Positions 1-13,294 are shown, counted from the whole stretch's first letter. The stretch is DNA of 55,145 nt, filler included, from Bipalium vagum (GCA_037834085.1; 3 parts of 3 records of this genome joined end to end with filler, not necessarily neighbours in it), one strand, 5' to 3'. Notes: a model not told the origin generated them from the letters alone. A program made the numbers and translations.

Positions 1-2663
1 ATAAAATCAAAATGTAATTCAAATGTTCAGCAATTGTCAATGATGAGCTTTGGAGAATCAGCCTCCATAAGCTCTTGCTCTTTTTCTTTAAAATTGTTGT
101 TGGCTGGTGCTGGGACCTCCTTTTCTATGGATCCCAACAGTTTAAAATTCCGTTCTCATACCCCCAGGGTCATTTTTGTTTATCTATTCTAAAAAGATTA
201 TTATGTAACTATGTAACTAATTAAATAATTTTTTAAATGTACTAAATTTACGAAAATTTAATTAGTAGCATGACGAATCATTTTCAGATGTTTTTGAATT
301 TTTTAATTGGTTCAAAAATCGATCACATTTAAAATAGTAACCACTAATACCAGAAAATCGCAGACTTTTTAATATAAATGTTTATATTGTTTGGCTTTTC
401 CCCATAATGACAATCATGAATTGTTTCCATGAAATTAAATCTTTTTTGTGGTTCATTTTAAAAATATTTTTAAATGTATCATAATTTTATTTATTATTCT
501 TGTATGTATCATAAATAAGCAGTTAAGATTGCCACAATGCTAAATTTTCTTCATTGCTATCTGAATGATTTATTGAATTCTGAACCATAATATTGTTTGG
601 AATATTTAATGAGCATATATTGCATAAGTTTTTATTTGTTGAAGATATAATTTGAAAATTTATTATTAAGTGATTATTATTATTGTTAAGTGATTTTTCT
701 TTTATGGTGAATAAATTGATTTTCATTACGATATTCTTTATTCGAATATATCATTGTTTTTGCAATTTGGAGTGAGGATAAAATTTAGTTGGCTAATATT
801 TATTTGACTTTTTTGTATATGAAAATCTTAAGTATTAATCCATCATTTTAAATATTTATTTCTATGACCTAGATCAAAATTAAATTCTGATTGAATTACT
901 GAATTTTTTGATTTTTTGTAATATTTCTGAAACTAAATCGATGATATATTTTTTATTTCATGTTAATTGTGAGTATTCGAACATATTTTTCGAATTTTTA
1001 AATTTTTATAAAGTGTCCTTTTTAAAATTCGATATTCGAATATTCATTATTGTAATGTATTGGTTAATTTTAAAATATTAATTTAATTTTAAAATATCTT
1101 TTTTAAAAATTAATAAAAGAGACACTTTATTTAAATTAATTAATTTACGGAAATTTTTTAAGTATTTTATTTTTTTTGGATTAATAAATTTTTTGAAACT
1201 ATGAGTGACTTCATTGAAATAGCTGCTTACATTAATTATCTGCATACAATTCTCTATCTAACTGCACAAAAACTTTCTTCCCAGAATCATAGTTTCAATA
1301 AAATATTGATTTTTACATGTATTATATAACATTTGTAACAGTTATATAATAAAATAACAGTTATATTATAAAATACATTGAGTTAAAATTTTGATAGTGG
1401 TCTTTCGAATGAGACATCTTTCATATACACTGGATAAATATTTTTTGATTAATTATAAATCAAAATTTTTAAAAAATAAAGATATCAACGTTTTTCTATA
1501 AAAAATGTCTGAAATCACGGAAGGAAATTTAAAAATATTATTGGCGTTAAGAAATCGAAATACTTAACTTTTAATGGTAAGCAGTATTACTTATCTAAAA
1601 AATAATAAATGAAATTAAAGATACATTTGAAGAAGAAAAGGGAAGAGTTTTACCTTTAATACCAATATTAGTAGGAATATTTGGTGTAACTGCTTCAGTA
1701 GTAGAAACAACAAGTTGATTTGATTCTATTGTTTCAAATTCAAAAGATGTTTATAAAAAAATTTGAAAAAAATAAACAATCTGGAAGCAGTTTATGCCTT
1801 GATCCATTTGTTAAATTTTGCTCAGAGTGAGTTAATAATATGTGAAGATGTAATCTGAGTTTGAGCAACTTAACATAAACTATTTGTTTCATAAGTATTT
1901 ATCTGCACGTAACGTAAGGAGTAAGGTGTTAATATAATTTTAATATTTTTAACCTGACAATTGTAATATGAAAGTTAAATGAACACCAAGTCGATTATAA
2001 AACTTTAAATCTTTTTGCCAGTTAAATGCAGTGACAGAAAGGTAGACATTTCAGATGCCGAATGTGAATGAGGTGACAGACGCCATGGACAGAGTAAAGT
2101 ACAACAATCTAACTTCTTTGAAAGTCTGATAGGTCTGGTATTTTCATAAACTATAGCCAACTTTCTTTAAATATACTGATCGTCACAATTTTTTAAACAC
2201 CACATACGTTTTTTTTATTTTATTGATGTATATAAACAGATTTATATTTAAGTAAGTTTAAACTTAATTTTTCTGTTAATTATGTCTTTCATTCTAGATA
2301 CTTTTTGACGTCACCACGTAATTTACATTTATTTTAAAGGATTTTATTTATGTATAATGTCAAGTTCAAGGGTATTTATTTTGTACATTACTTCAAAATA
2401 ATATTTCTTTCATTATATTATAAATATTAATTGTTTAAATACTATAAATAAGAATTGTGTTAAATTCTACATTTTAAATTAAAGCATAATTTTTCAAATT
2501 GTTAATTATTAAGCATTTCCTAATATTTTATTAAACGTTATGTAATTATTTATTATTTGTGCATGATATATGTTTTTAAATTTTAGCAATTAAATGAAAA
2601 GTTTGGAGGAAAAAACTCTTAGCTTTAAATGAAGATAATTCTTACACTCAAATAGGGAAAATT

Positions 2664-3309
2664 ATGAAAATAACAAGAAACTCGGCAATTATTTTATGCA
2701 GATATGTAAAGAAGAATATCTGTAAGAAATGTGGACCAAAATTAACAATAAGAAAACGAGAGAATTTGAGTATGAAAAGAATAATAGGCAAGTTGAAAGA
2801 TGTGAATAGTACGGTAAATGCAAATAAATTAAAAATAGAATATGATTTGAATATTTCTTTATCAAATATTCAAAGGCATATGAAAAGAAGTGGATGAGAT
2901 ATAAAAAAGTACATCTGATTTATTTAAGTAAGAAACATAAAGAAGAGCGATTGTTGAAAGGGAGTACTTGGATTAGTGAAAATCATGTCTGCGGAAAAAC
3001 TGTGTTCACTGACGAAAAATGATTTAGCCTACATGGCTCTGATGATTTGCGAATATATGTTTCAAAAAATGAATATATTTGTCGACAGAGCTGACAATGC
3101 AGTGGTGACGGCATTATGGTTGACATTGCCCAATGGCAATCTCACATTTTTATCAAAGGAAAATTTAATTCAGTAAAATATACAGAGCTGTTAAAGACAA
3201 GTACAAGTAAAAATTATTAAAATATATCAAGTTTTTATTGTTTAAAACATGTTCAAAGATTAAAATGTCAAAATATTAAATGCTTCCATTATTTTGTTCA
3301 ACCCGTGTA
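2664..3309 (+). mobile_element. Degenerate Tc1-like transposase remnant
   Basis: Frameshifted translation gives an HTH-like region (LNISLSNIQRHMKRSG), then LSKKHKEERL and TVFTDEK-x-FSLHGSD (Tc1 first catalytic D). It ends in a Tc1-like terminus attttgttcaacccgtg|TA near 3309. Confidence 0.7.
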
Positions 3310-3570
3310 TTTCACTTCCATTGATTTAGGTAATGCTTACTATAAGGGGAGTTGGAGGATCAAGACGTTTTTTCTACCAATGAAGAACAGTATTGTTTTA
3401 ATAAGGCCCTTTGGAATAGCAAAGACATTTCAGGAGATACCGACAAAGTTGTCGGTGGTATGAAAGGACCAATGGTTTATCTTGATGACATATTGGTATT
3501 TATGAGGAGTGAAAGTGAACATTATCAGGTTCTGAACGAAGTACTGAGAAGGATGTAGCAGCTGGATTAA
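3310..3570 (+). mobile_element. Ty3/Gypsy reverse transcriptase fragment
   Basis: FTSIDLGNAYY (RT motif A-like) and MVYLDDILVF...EHYQVLNEVLRRM*AAGL, the typical Gypsy YLDD context. Confidence 0.8.
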
Positions 3571-5121
3571 GAAGATTATAGCTGTACAAATTACCTAAAT
3601 ATATTTGTTTCATATTAATTATTCCTAATTTAACTTGATTTTTGTTCTATTAGAGGGTGAATTTCATAATATTAAATTGTATTCATATCACAATTTACAA
3701 AGCTACTCGTAAAATAAAAATGACAACACTATCAAATAGTCAAAAAGGATCCAGATAACACTGGTAACAACCACCAAATTGTATAATTGAACATTCACAT
3801 AATCCATGAAATAACAAAATATTAACACAGCAATCAACTGTAATAACCAATAATAGTAAGCAAAAATTAAATATCAATTAATCAATAATTAAATGTCAAG
3901 TTAATAAATAAGATAAATAAAAAAACAGAAAATGAAAGAAGAATACCTTACGAAAAACACCTTTTGAGATTCCCAAACTATTAGAGGTTGCTCAGAGTTA
4001 GCCAATCTGATTGGGAACCCGAACACAAGCACCAGGAAAAATTCATAAAATACACAATTTTTTAAAAATTGTTTTTATAATTCTTTAAATTCCCTAATTA
4101 CTAATTAAGGATCCTTGTCTTTGAAAACTATTTTCTGAAAAATAAGTTATTTTTAAAACTTGTACTTATTTTCTGGGTAATTTTTAAGTGGGATATACTC
4201 TTAGTATTTGAACTATTATTTATTTTTATTACTTTTTTATTATCATAGTAATAATGATGTTTATTATTATTCGAATCCTTTTTACCGGCCCCTATTAGTT
4301 AGCCTTATTCGGGTAATGTGTTGGGTAAGCCCAACATATTCGTAGTGAACGAGATAATACCAAAAGCATGAAAACTGAAATGAAGTGAAGATATATGAGG
4401 TGATGATCAATTGAATGAAAAGGTATTAAAAACGAAGTTAGCAGTAATAGCAACCAATAAATAAATATATATATTAATTCAAGATTTTTAGTATAAGCAA
4501 ATCTTATATATTGAAGGTCTTAAACCAAAGTTAAAACTGAACTTTAAAGGAATAAAAATTATTTTAATGAAACTAAATTTTATAAAGCTAATTTTCAAAA
4601 TAAAATAAGTCACGATTAAAAATTTCTTTTTACGAATAAAAAATTGTGCTGCTATCAAAAGCATTTCAGTTTTCATTTTATATGAATTTAAACCAAAAAT
4701 TACTTAAATGCATAAATATGTTAGAGAAAATAAACATTTAAAATTTAATTCCATTTAACAATATTTATAATTAACTTATATTAAAACTATGACATCATCT
4801 TATAAAGCTTATAAAGTATTACGTTTATTTAATAAATTATTTGGTAATTAAAAAATAATACTGTAATAATATTGTAATGTAAAAACAATATTAAATCATT
4901 TCAAAAAATAAAATGAATTCTTAATAACTTATAAATACCTATCATGATAATTTAAATATACTTATTTTGTAAAATGAAACTAAATTATTATACATTCTAG
5001 AAATTCGTTATTTTATACTTTATATTGTAAATATAAAAATAAATATAACAAAGCTTTTGTTAGTTTCAATAACAAATATTGAAATCTATTTGTTTAAATT
5101 GCATATTTTAGAAAAATAATA

Positions 5122-7670
5122 ATGGACGAAAGTAAGATATTTTAACAACATGAATAATAATCCTTTTTTAAAATGTAATTTTCAATTAAGTACCATCAAA
5201 AATGGCGAAATTAGAGACGAATGGAAGTGAAACTCGTGGTAAAATGGGAAATCGGGGTGGTCTTCGACGAACTTTTCGCATTGTCGAACCAAATCTCCAG
5301 CCAGCCGATATATTAGAAAAAACTGGCAACCTTGGACGTGTTGTCAGGTTGCAGTCAAATTTTACGAAATTTTCGGTGTTGCGCTCAGAAAAATATATGA
5401 TGTATGATTCAGTGTTTTCCCAAGTCGGGTTATCACCAAAAGTCAAACTGCAATTCATTGTTAGAATATGTCAAGAAAATAGATTGCCCGGAGCATTTTG
5501 CTTCGATGGCCGAAGATTGTTTACAAGCGAAAAGTGGCACGGAGAATCTGATATCCAGGAATACAATCACGATGACAAAAAATTGACAATTCGTTTAGTG
5601 TCCACCATTTTACCAGAAACTGAAGAATATTACCAAATGATAAATGTTTTGTTAAACAATTTACAAGTAATGCTAGGTCAAGAAAGAATTGGAAAAGGTT
5701 ACTTTTTAAGTCCCAATACAACAAAAGAGGAAGTGAATCGTAACTCTGGGCCGACATATTTTGAAACCAATAGCTTCAAAGTTCTAGGTGGGTTTGGGAC
5801 AACACTGCAAAGAGGAACAAAACCAAATGGCGAATTAACAACTCTTTTGTACATAGAGCGAATCAATAGGGTGCTAAATGATAACTCCGTAATGAAAGCA
5901 TACAATCGAAGAAATATCGATCAATTAATAGGTAGAGATATAATTACGAAGTATAACAACAAGACCTATAGAATAAGCGAAATCAAAGAAATGAGTGTTG
6001 ACGAAAGATTTGAAATGGGTGGACGAACATTGTCGTATTCTGATTATTTCAAAGAGCGTTACAACATCCGCCTGACCCAAACCGATCAGCCGTTTGTGCT
6101 GACTCGAGTAAAGCGACCAATGAGACGTGAGCGAAGGAAACGCGGTGAAGAGCAGCCAGAGGAAAAGGAAGCTCCAGAAGACAAGGATATGACCCTGAAC
6201 ATTCCAGGAGAACTGTGCTTTTTGTGCGGTTTTTCCGATCAGGAGAAGTCAAACATGGATTTGCAGAAGAACTTAGGTGGCGTGCTTAAAAGAGAACCAA
6301 GAGAGCGATTGGAAGATATTCCGGCATTCTGTTCTTGGCTTAGACAGAGCGACAATGCACAGGGAATGTGTAACAAGTGGCAGTTAAAGATCGACAACAA
6401 GCCGCTCGAAATCGAGGGTCGTGAGCTACCGCCATGTGACGTCATCAGTGGAGGTCAAAAGATAAATGAAAAGGCTGGCGACGATTGGAAATTTGGCCGT
6501 GTTCAGTTCGATATCAAGCGCGACAGAAAGCATGAAATCGATGTGGTCATTGTTGATCGAAACGATTTCCAGTACAAAAGTTTTATGAATGATGTGGAGC
6601 AAGAATTGAGAAACATGAGAATCGACGCTCGAGTGGGAAAGGTAAACACTTGTGGACCGAACGATGTTGAGCGTTGTCTTAACGATGCGGCTCGTAGCGG
6701 CAGCGGATGTGCCAAGATGGCTTTGGTTTTTGTGCCTGACGACCGAGTCTACGCTAAAGTGAAATCGTTCACGATGAACACAGGTCTGTTGACGCAGTGT
6801 GTCACGACTCGCAATGGAACAAATCGAAACGACAAGCGCCGGAAGGTTGTGTCCAGCAAGACAGTTATGCAAATATTCTCCAAATTCGGCTATGATCCGT
6901 GGACAGTGGAAATAAAACTTCGACCAACTATGATTGTTGGCATGGATACGTATCATAATAAGTCGAGTAAAAAATCAATACAGGCTTCAGTTTTTTCAAT
7001 CAACAGCACTTTTACTCAATATATGAGTTTTGTCAATTCACCGAAAGGTCGACAAGAATTTCACGAGACATTGGGCAAAAATTTCAATCTGGCTCTAGAA
7101 GATTTCAAGAAGCGATACGACATTTTACCCCAACGAATTCTCGTTTTCCGCGATGGCGTGGGTGACAACCAGTTGCAGTTCACGAAAAATTTTGAGGTCG
7201 ACGCGATGAAGCCCTTGATTGAAAATATTTACAAAACCAACGGTTTCCCTGTTCCGCAAATCATTTACGTCATTGTAAAAAAGCGAATTGGAACGAAATT
7301 GTTCAATCGTGGCAACAATCCCAATCCAGGAACAGTCGTGGACAAGGAGATTGTGAAGCCAAACTTTTACGAATTCTTTCTCGTTTCACAGAGAACGACA
7401 AAAGGTACGGCCACCCCAACAAATTACAATGTACTGGAGGATACGCGTCTGCTTACCAAGAAGGGAACCATGGAACCGATGGCGCCAAATGAATTGCAGA
7501 AAATCACGTATGCTCTGACCCACCTCTATTTCAACTGGATGGGTACAATTCGGGTGCCGGTCCCTGTTCATTATGCTCACAGATTGGCGGAACTTGTTGG
7601 AAAAGTTCACAAGGGCGCCAGTCCGGTGGTCATTAACGAACGAATCAGGAATCGTTTGTTTTATTTGTAG
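5122..7670 (+). CDS. piwi-2: PIWI-clade Argonaute, planarian SMEDWI-2/PiwiB-like. Exons 5122-5131 and 5191-7670, about 829 aa (822 aa if started at ATG 5202)
   Basis: PAZ (IITKYNNKTYRI...SYSDYFKERYNI, IPGELC), MID (LTQCV) and PIWI domain (IVGMDTYH, QEF, VFRDGVGD, VKKRI, GTVVD, FFLVSQ, YAHRLA), C-terminus LFYL. An in-frame upstream micro-exon gives MDEIPSK. The paralog assignment rests on recollection of the SMEDWI-2 N-terminus and PAZ insert and needs BLAST confirmation. Confidence 0.95.
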
Positions 7671-8123
7671 AACATTTTGCGCTGCAGAGTGAGATTGAAT
7701 TAGAGAGACAGAGATGAGGGGTCGAGTGAAACAGCGGAGATTAAGCTGATGGGTGAACAGAGTGCAGTGGGCAACTTTTCAGTTTGAATCGAGTCCGAAG
7801 TTGTGAATGTTTGTGTCTATGTTTTTGATAATAAGTATGAGAATCTGTGTTGAAAAATAATGGTGATGATGTCTTTGTTGTGGAATGATGCCTGGTTTTA
7901 TTGTTTTCTGCTGGTTTTTCTGAACATTGGAATTTTTCAGGTGTTTCCAGGAAGAATTAGTTGGAAAAATGTATTTTTATAAGTATCTTACCTTAAAAAT
8001 ATAATAGTATTTTTAATATTGTTAATTGTTTAGTCATGTTATGTTTTATATTATATTATAATCTGGGGTGTTTGCTGCTTTATTGTTATTTGGAATAGTG
8101 AAAATTTAGTTGTCTTATTAAAT

Positions 8124-8129
8124 AATAAA
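8124..8129 (+). promoter_or_regulatory. Candidate polyadenylation signal of the piwi gene
   Basis: First AATAAA I found after the stop, about 450 nt downstream, following a GU/U-rich 3'UTR-like tract. Confidence 0.45.
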
Positions 8130-9483
8130 TATCATTGTATTCAATCTGTTTTTATTAATAATTGAGAGGTAAATATGATAGCTTTAATAATCGATTAACT
8201 TTAATTTTATGAAATCATTCAATTACACTTTCTTTAATAGCTGGTGGTGGAATAGTTTTGTAATGGGATACCGACTCGACAGTATTACATGAAAATGGTG
8301 TGTGTCGATGTATAATGAGTCATAAAAATTGAGCTGTCATTTTATTTAAAATCAGTTAGGTATTTTTCATAATATTGCATAATTTCAGTATTATCTTGAA
8401 AAAAGGTTGTGTAATGCATATCTCACAGTTTTATTGAGTCTTAAGATATAAATTAACCAACTTAATTCAAACAAAGATTTAATTTTTCACTCAGTACATT
8501 GAGATTTTTATAGCTTTTTCAATTTTTTTAAACAAATAGTTAATGGTTTTAATAATTGTTAATTAAACATTGGAGAAAGATTTTATGCTACTGCATATCC
8601 ACGTAAAGTCTAATAGATACAATAAAAATTGTTGTTTCTATAGCAAAAAAATTGATTATAATACGATGAATAAAAATTCTTTCTACATGAGAATTTGTAC
8701 ATTAAGAAATGTAATTAATTAAATCCAACTTTCTGAAATACATTTCCTCTTGTTTTTAATGATATAAAATCAGATTTGAGTCCATTTAAAGTGAAATGGA
8801 CTACATAAAATTCTATTTTAAAATAATGATAAATTGTAAGTTTCGTGAACATTGAAATTTTTATTAAAATACTAAAAGTAATGATAATTAAATGTTAATA
8901 AACAGGAATTGAGATGCTAAACAATGGTTTTCATGAAATGTTATCAAATTTTGTTTTAAAGATTCATAATGTACGTAATTGAAAAATTCAAATTTTAATG
9001 TGACTGTTGTTTACTTTGTTTTTGTTAGTGTTACAAATTTGTTAATTATTGGAAAAAAATTGATAGTATAAAACATTATTAATATTACAAAAGGATAGTG
9101 AACATAAGAACCATGACTAAATCATTATCACTAACATTGATTATTATTTTATTTCTTTATCATTAAATTTATTAAAATATTTTTGGTTGATAGTGGCTAT
9201 GCATGAAGGTAGTCTCGATCCAATATTTAAATTGATTTTTTAAAAAAATTAATTTTTTCATTATTCGATATTTAAATTTTTTCTCTATTAATAACATTTT
9301 CTTTATCTACGTGTGGTTATTAACACTGAATAGAATTAAATATTTGAAAAATTAAGAGTAAAATTTACTTTAAGGTTATAATTTTTATTTTATTTAATTA
9401 TAATTTCCAAATTTTTAAAAATTCTTCATTCAAAATAATAGGGCTCTCATTTTGGACAGTCAATAATGTTAATTAATATCTGT

Positions 9484-10010
9484 TACACACTCTGACAAAA
9501 TTATTTGCCCACTGTGTATTAGAATGAATATTACTTTTTATTTTGCCTTAATCATGCTTCATAATAAATATACAACATTTAACTCAAAATGCTTTATTTA
9601 TTTCTTACATACAAAATACAAAAATAAAATAACAGTTAATACTTGGTATCCCGCCTCTAGCTTTATTCAGTGCATTAACCCTTTTAGGCAGAGTATTCAC
9701 TAAACTGTCCAGATAAGCCTGTGGAATTTTAATCTAGTTCAATAATAAATTGTCTTAATTTTTCCAAGTTAATAGGTAGTGTTTCCCAGGAGTTAATTTT
9801 TTTTAACTATATAATCCCAGACATTTTCTGGTCTGTCGATCTGGCAGGTCATGATAAAACTCTAATTCCAAGATTTTCTAAAATTTTTTTGACAGTACAA
9901 GATTGATGTACTGGAGCATTGTGGTGTTAGAAAATCCATTGGTTTGATAGATAGTTGTTAGATCCTAAAAATTTTAAAATAATTCTACAATATGACTGAC
10001 TATTCACATT
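9484..10010 (-). mobile_element. Tc1 (DD34E) 3' remnant
   Basis: Minus strand reads HNAPVHQS, ENVWDY and LDSLVNTLPKRVNALNKARGG (Tc1 C-terminus). TA-CACACTCTGACAAAATTATTTGCCCAC terminus near 9484. Confidence 0.75.
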
Positions 10011-10329
10011 CCTATGGTTAAGTTCTACGATAATCATATGAGCAAAATCAAATAACATATAATTAAGATTTATTAAACCCAAACTGAAAAAAAAGATGTG
10101 TCAATGCTAATCAAATGCTTTCTCATGCTAAAGTTAATCAACACCTTTCCGAATCAAACTAGTGTTACTTCTAAAAATATGTAATTTTACCTTTTAAATT
10201 TCTACCGGTAATCACTAATAGTTATTACATGTTCTTGAATTCGAGAATCAAAATAAATACAGTAACATGTATGTCACTACAAGACACAATATCAATCACA
10301 ATAAATTAATATTTGCAAATAAAAAAAAT

Positions 10330-12504
10330 AATCAAAATAATGTATAGCCATGCTAATTTTGGACCACCAGGACCGTTGTAGGACCTTATTGAGTGCTTTG
10401 TTTAACCAGTCCATGCCCATTTCTGCGTTTGACTGAGACTTTTAGGAATTCAAGGCTAGATTCAACATTTGCTTATCTGAGGTGTTCATCATCCGATGAG
10501 CTTGTATGATCGACTGGGTTATATATTCATCAAATGTTGATATACAACTCAGTCCACCATTGTCTACTGGACAGTATAAATATCCGATTGGAGACAACGG
10601 TGAGTGCAAAAGTAATTCTCGTAGATGTTTTCTAAGAATAAAATCTAGCCCATAGTGTGTACCTTCACTCTTGGTCGTAGTTTCAGAGCAATTTAAATAT
10701 GATACCGCTGTTTTATAGTTGCGGAACGCAAAAATGAAGGAAAGTTTTAGGGGGTTTTACGGCCTACCAAGGATATAGCCCATTTTTGCATATTTTGCGC
10801 ATCAGATTCGTCACTGATTCATAGATATGATAAGGGTTTCGCTCAATTTTAAACCCCCTATCTATACCCAAGTATCTGTACCATTAGTATTAGTATTCGG
10901 TTTAGGGCTGCTATTGATGGTTATCTGTCCGATTTTCTTCTTATATAGATTTAAAAACGCGCATTTAGAAGCGTTTACTGTCATCCCTGGCCACTAGATG
11001 ACATTAATCACATCGTTCACCATGTTTTGCAAATCTCCAATTTTCTTGGCAACGACAGTGAAGTCATCAGCGTAAGCAAGTACTGCAAATTCGAACTGAG
11101 GGAATTTCCTATAGTTTTCTGTAAAAACCGTATTTATCGTTATATTAAACAATAGCATAGATAATGGATAGCCTTACCTTACTCCCCTCTTAACTTCTAT
11201 AGGTCTGTAAAAATGGTCTCGCAGAAAACTTTGGTTTGACAATTTTGATATAAGTCTTCGATTATTTGTCGTGCATTTTCACCAACTCTGTGTCTTTCTA
11301 ATATGTCTAATACAACTCTGATCGGCACACTTCGGAATGCATCTGCAATATCAATGAAGCAAATAAAAAGATCCTCCTTCTTTAATTTAGCTTTCTCGAT
11401 TTTCAGAGTCAGCGTGAAGTTGTGTTCGGAACAGCCTTCAAAGTGCCATAATGATTTTTGATTTTTGTGCATCAGCTTCTTTTCCCAAACCCAGTCCTCT
11501 AACTGTTTGCAAAGAATTGAGGTATAGAGCTTGTAGCTTGTATTTAGAAGCACAATCGGACGCCAAGCATTAACTTTTGAGTAGTCGTCTTTGTTCGGCT
11601 TTGGAATTAATTTTGTTAAATTCCACAGGTCTAGCATCTTTCGTTCATGTATTATTGACTAAAAGAGATGTTCGTAGATCAGGGATTCTGGGTCAGCAAA
11701 CAGGATGTCGTTATATATGATCCTATCTGGGCCAGGGGATGATTTTTTATTTCTACTTTTCAGAGTTTGTAGGATATCAGCTGCGGTGAGTAGACTAAAG
11801 TCGAATTTTTTCCAGCTTGCTTGATCATTGAAGCGATCGAGGACGACCAGTTAGGCGGTTCTGGGATTATAGATTTATCAAAGTCGGCCTTTATGTTATC
11901 AAGAGTTGGACGTGTCATAATTTCTGGGTCATTGATGTTTCGTATGAACTCCCTCGCTCGTTTCATGTTTTTGCTGAACATTACTTTGAGATTTGATGGT
12001 TTAGAGTTCCGTGTAAGTCTAAGGCCAGGCTTATATGCTTTACATGGATTACAGTTCATTTTGAATTGGTTTATGACCCATATTTTGTTGTTTATTGGCA
12101 TCGATAGATTTTTGGTTAACAACCCATGTAATTCTCTGGCTGCTGTTTTCTGCTGCTCATAGTTCGAGGCTATATGATTGTTTATCTGATTGTAAGGCTT
12201 AATATTCCACAAATTGTCTACCGAAGGAGCTCTGTTTTCATTTAATCTTTTGCGGAACATTTTTCCCAGATTTTTTGAATTTTTGAATCTCTTCTTTTAC
12301 TCTCAGCCCGTCCCACTGATTTGCATCTTTATTTAATGTTTCATTACTTTCAACGGATGTCTGCAATGGTCTGACCCATTTTATGGTTTTCCTCGGTTTT
12401 GAAGTAGGAGTAGTGAATAGATCCTGGCTCATTTGGCTGGTTGAAGGCACCAGAACTTTTTGCTTCAAGGCATCCAGTGATTCGAGCAGTTTGTCTTCTT
12501 CACA
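10330..12504 (-). mobile_element. Truncated non-LTR retrotransposon of the RLE group (NeSL/R5/R4-like), RT domain with stops and frameshifts
   Basis: PGPD, LIPK...WRPIVLLNTSYKLY, QKSL..EGCSEH, FIDIADAFRSVP, GVR*GYPLSMLLFN, LAYADDF, VNASKC and YRYLGI occur in order. No APE endonuclease is seen upstream and the C-terminal RLE is absent. Confidence 0.85.
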
Positions 12505-12689
12505 TTATTATTAGTATTATTATTATTATTATTCTTTCACATTATCTTCTTCATATTATTGTTGATTCCGTTTCCCTGATTATTGTTTTGTGAACAAAGG
12601 CACATCCTTTGAATTATAAAGACCGCAAAAGACTTAAAATAATAATAAATTCTAATAATAATACTTTTTATCAATAAATGATCTAATCT

Positions 12690-13290
12690 TGACAACAACG
12701 AATGTGGAATTGCCAAGATTAGAAACGACGGATTATAGAGATGGCTATTCCCATAAAATGCCCAGGGAAGCCACAAAAAAATAGATTTTTAAAATAGATA
12801 TTAGTGATCGAATTATTTTTTCAAAGGAGGATTAGTTTTCAAGGATATAGATTATTGAAACGAAAGTTATTATCCCAAAGAAGGCTTATTTTGTTCTAAC
12901 AGAAATTTGTAGCTATCGGAGAAGATTAAATTTTTCAGAACTTGAAATTCCAGTGATATTTTTCTTTCGTGTTTATGCCACCGACAATGCAATAGGATTT
13001 ACCAAGGGAATCCCTAGGTAATCTTAAAATGACCGAGAGGACGACCAGGACACTCCTTGTCACTCCGGGTGAGACTTATTTCAATTTTGTTCTGTTTTAT
13101 TATTTTCTTGGTTTAATCTAAATTTCGTATATAAATTTCATTAATCTAAATTTCATTCTAATCATTTGGTTTTGAAGTTGTGATTTGAATTATTTATTTG
13201 TGTTTGATTTTCGGTTTTAAGTTGGTTGGAAAATCTTGATTTTGATTTTTGGACATTTGAACTGTTTTTAATTTGTGATTTTTGTGATTT
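12690..13290 (+). mobile_element. LTR-like remnant A, related to the element at 15293-15849
   Basis: Shares three colinear blocks with the minus strand of 15293-15849. Followed by ...CA-TTTGGTTTTGAAG, a PBS-like junction near 13165. Confidence 0.5.
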
Positions 13291-13294
13291 TGGT

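Noticed and set aside
523-726. Minus-strand 67-aa ORF with CNIC
   Set aside because: Low-complexity AT-rich translation with no further zinc-finger ligands or splice support.
6426-6956. 176-aa antisense ORF within piwi (and other overlapping short ORFs)
   Set aside because: Expected by-product of the GC-rich codon usage on the sense strand; no recognisable motif.
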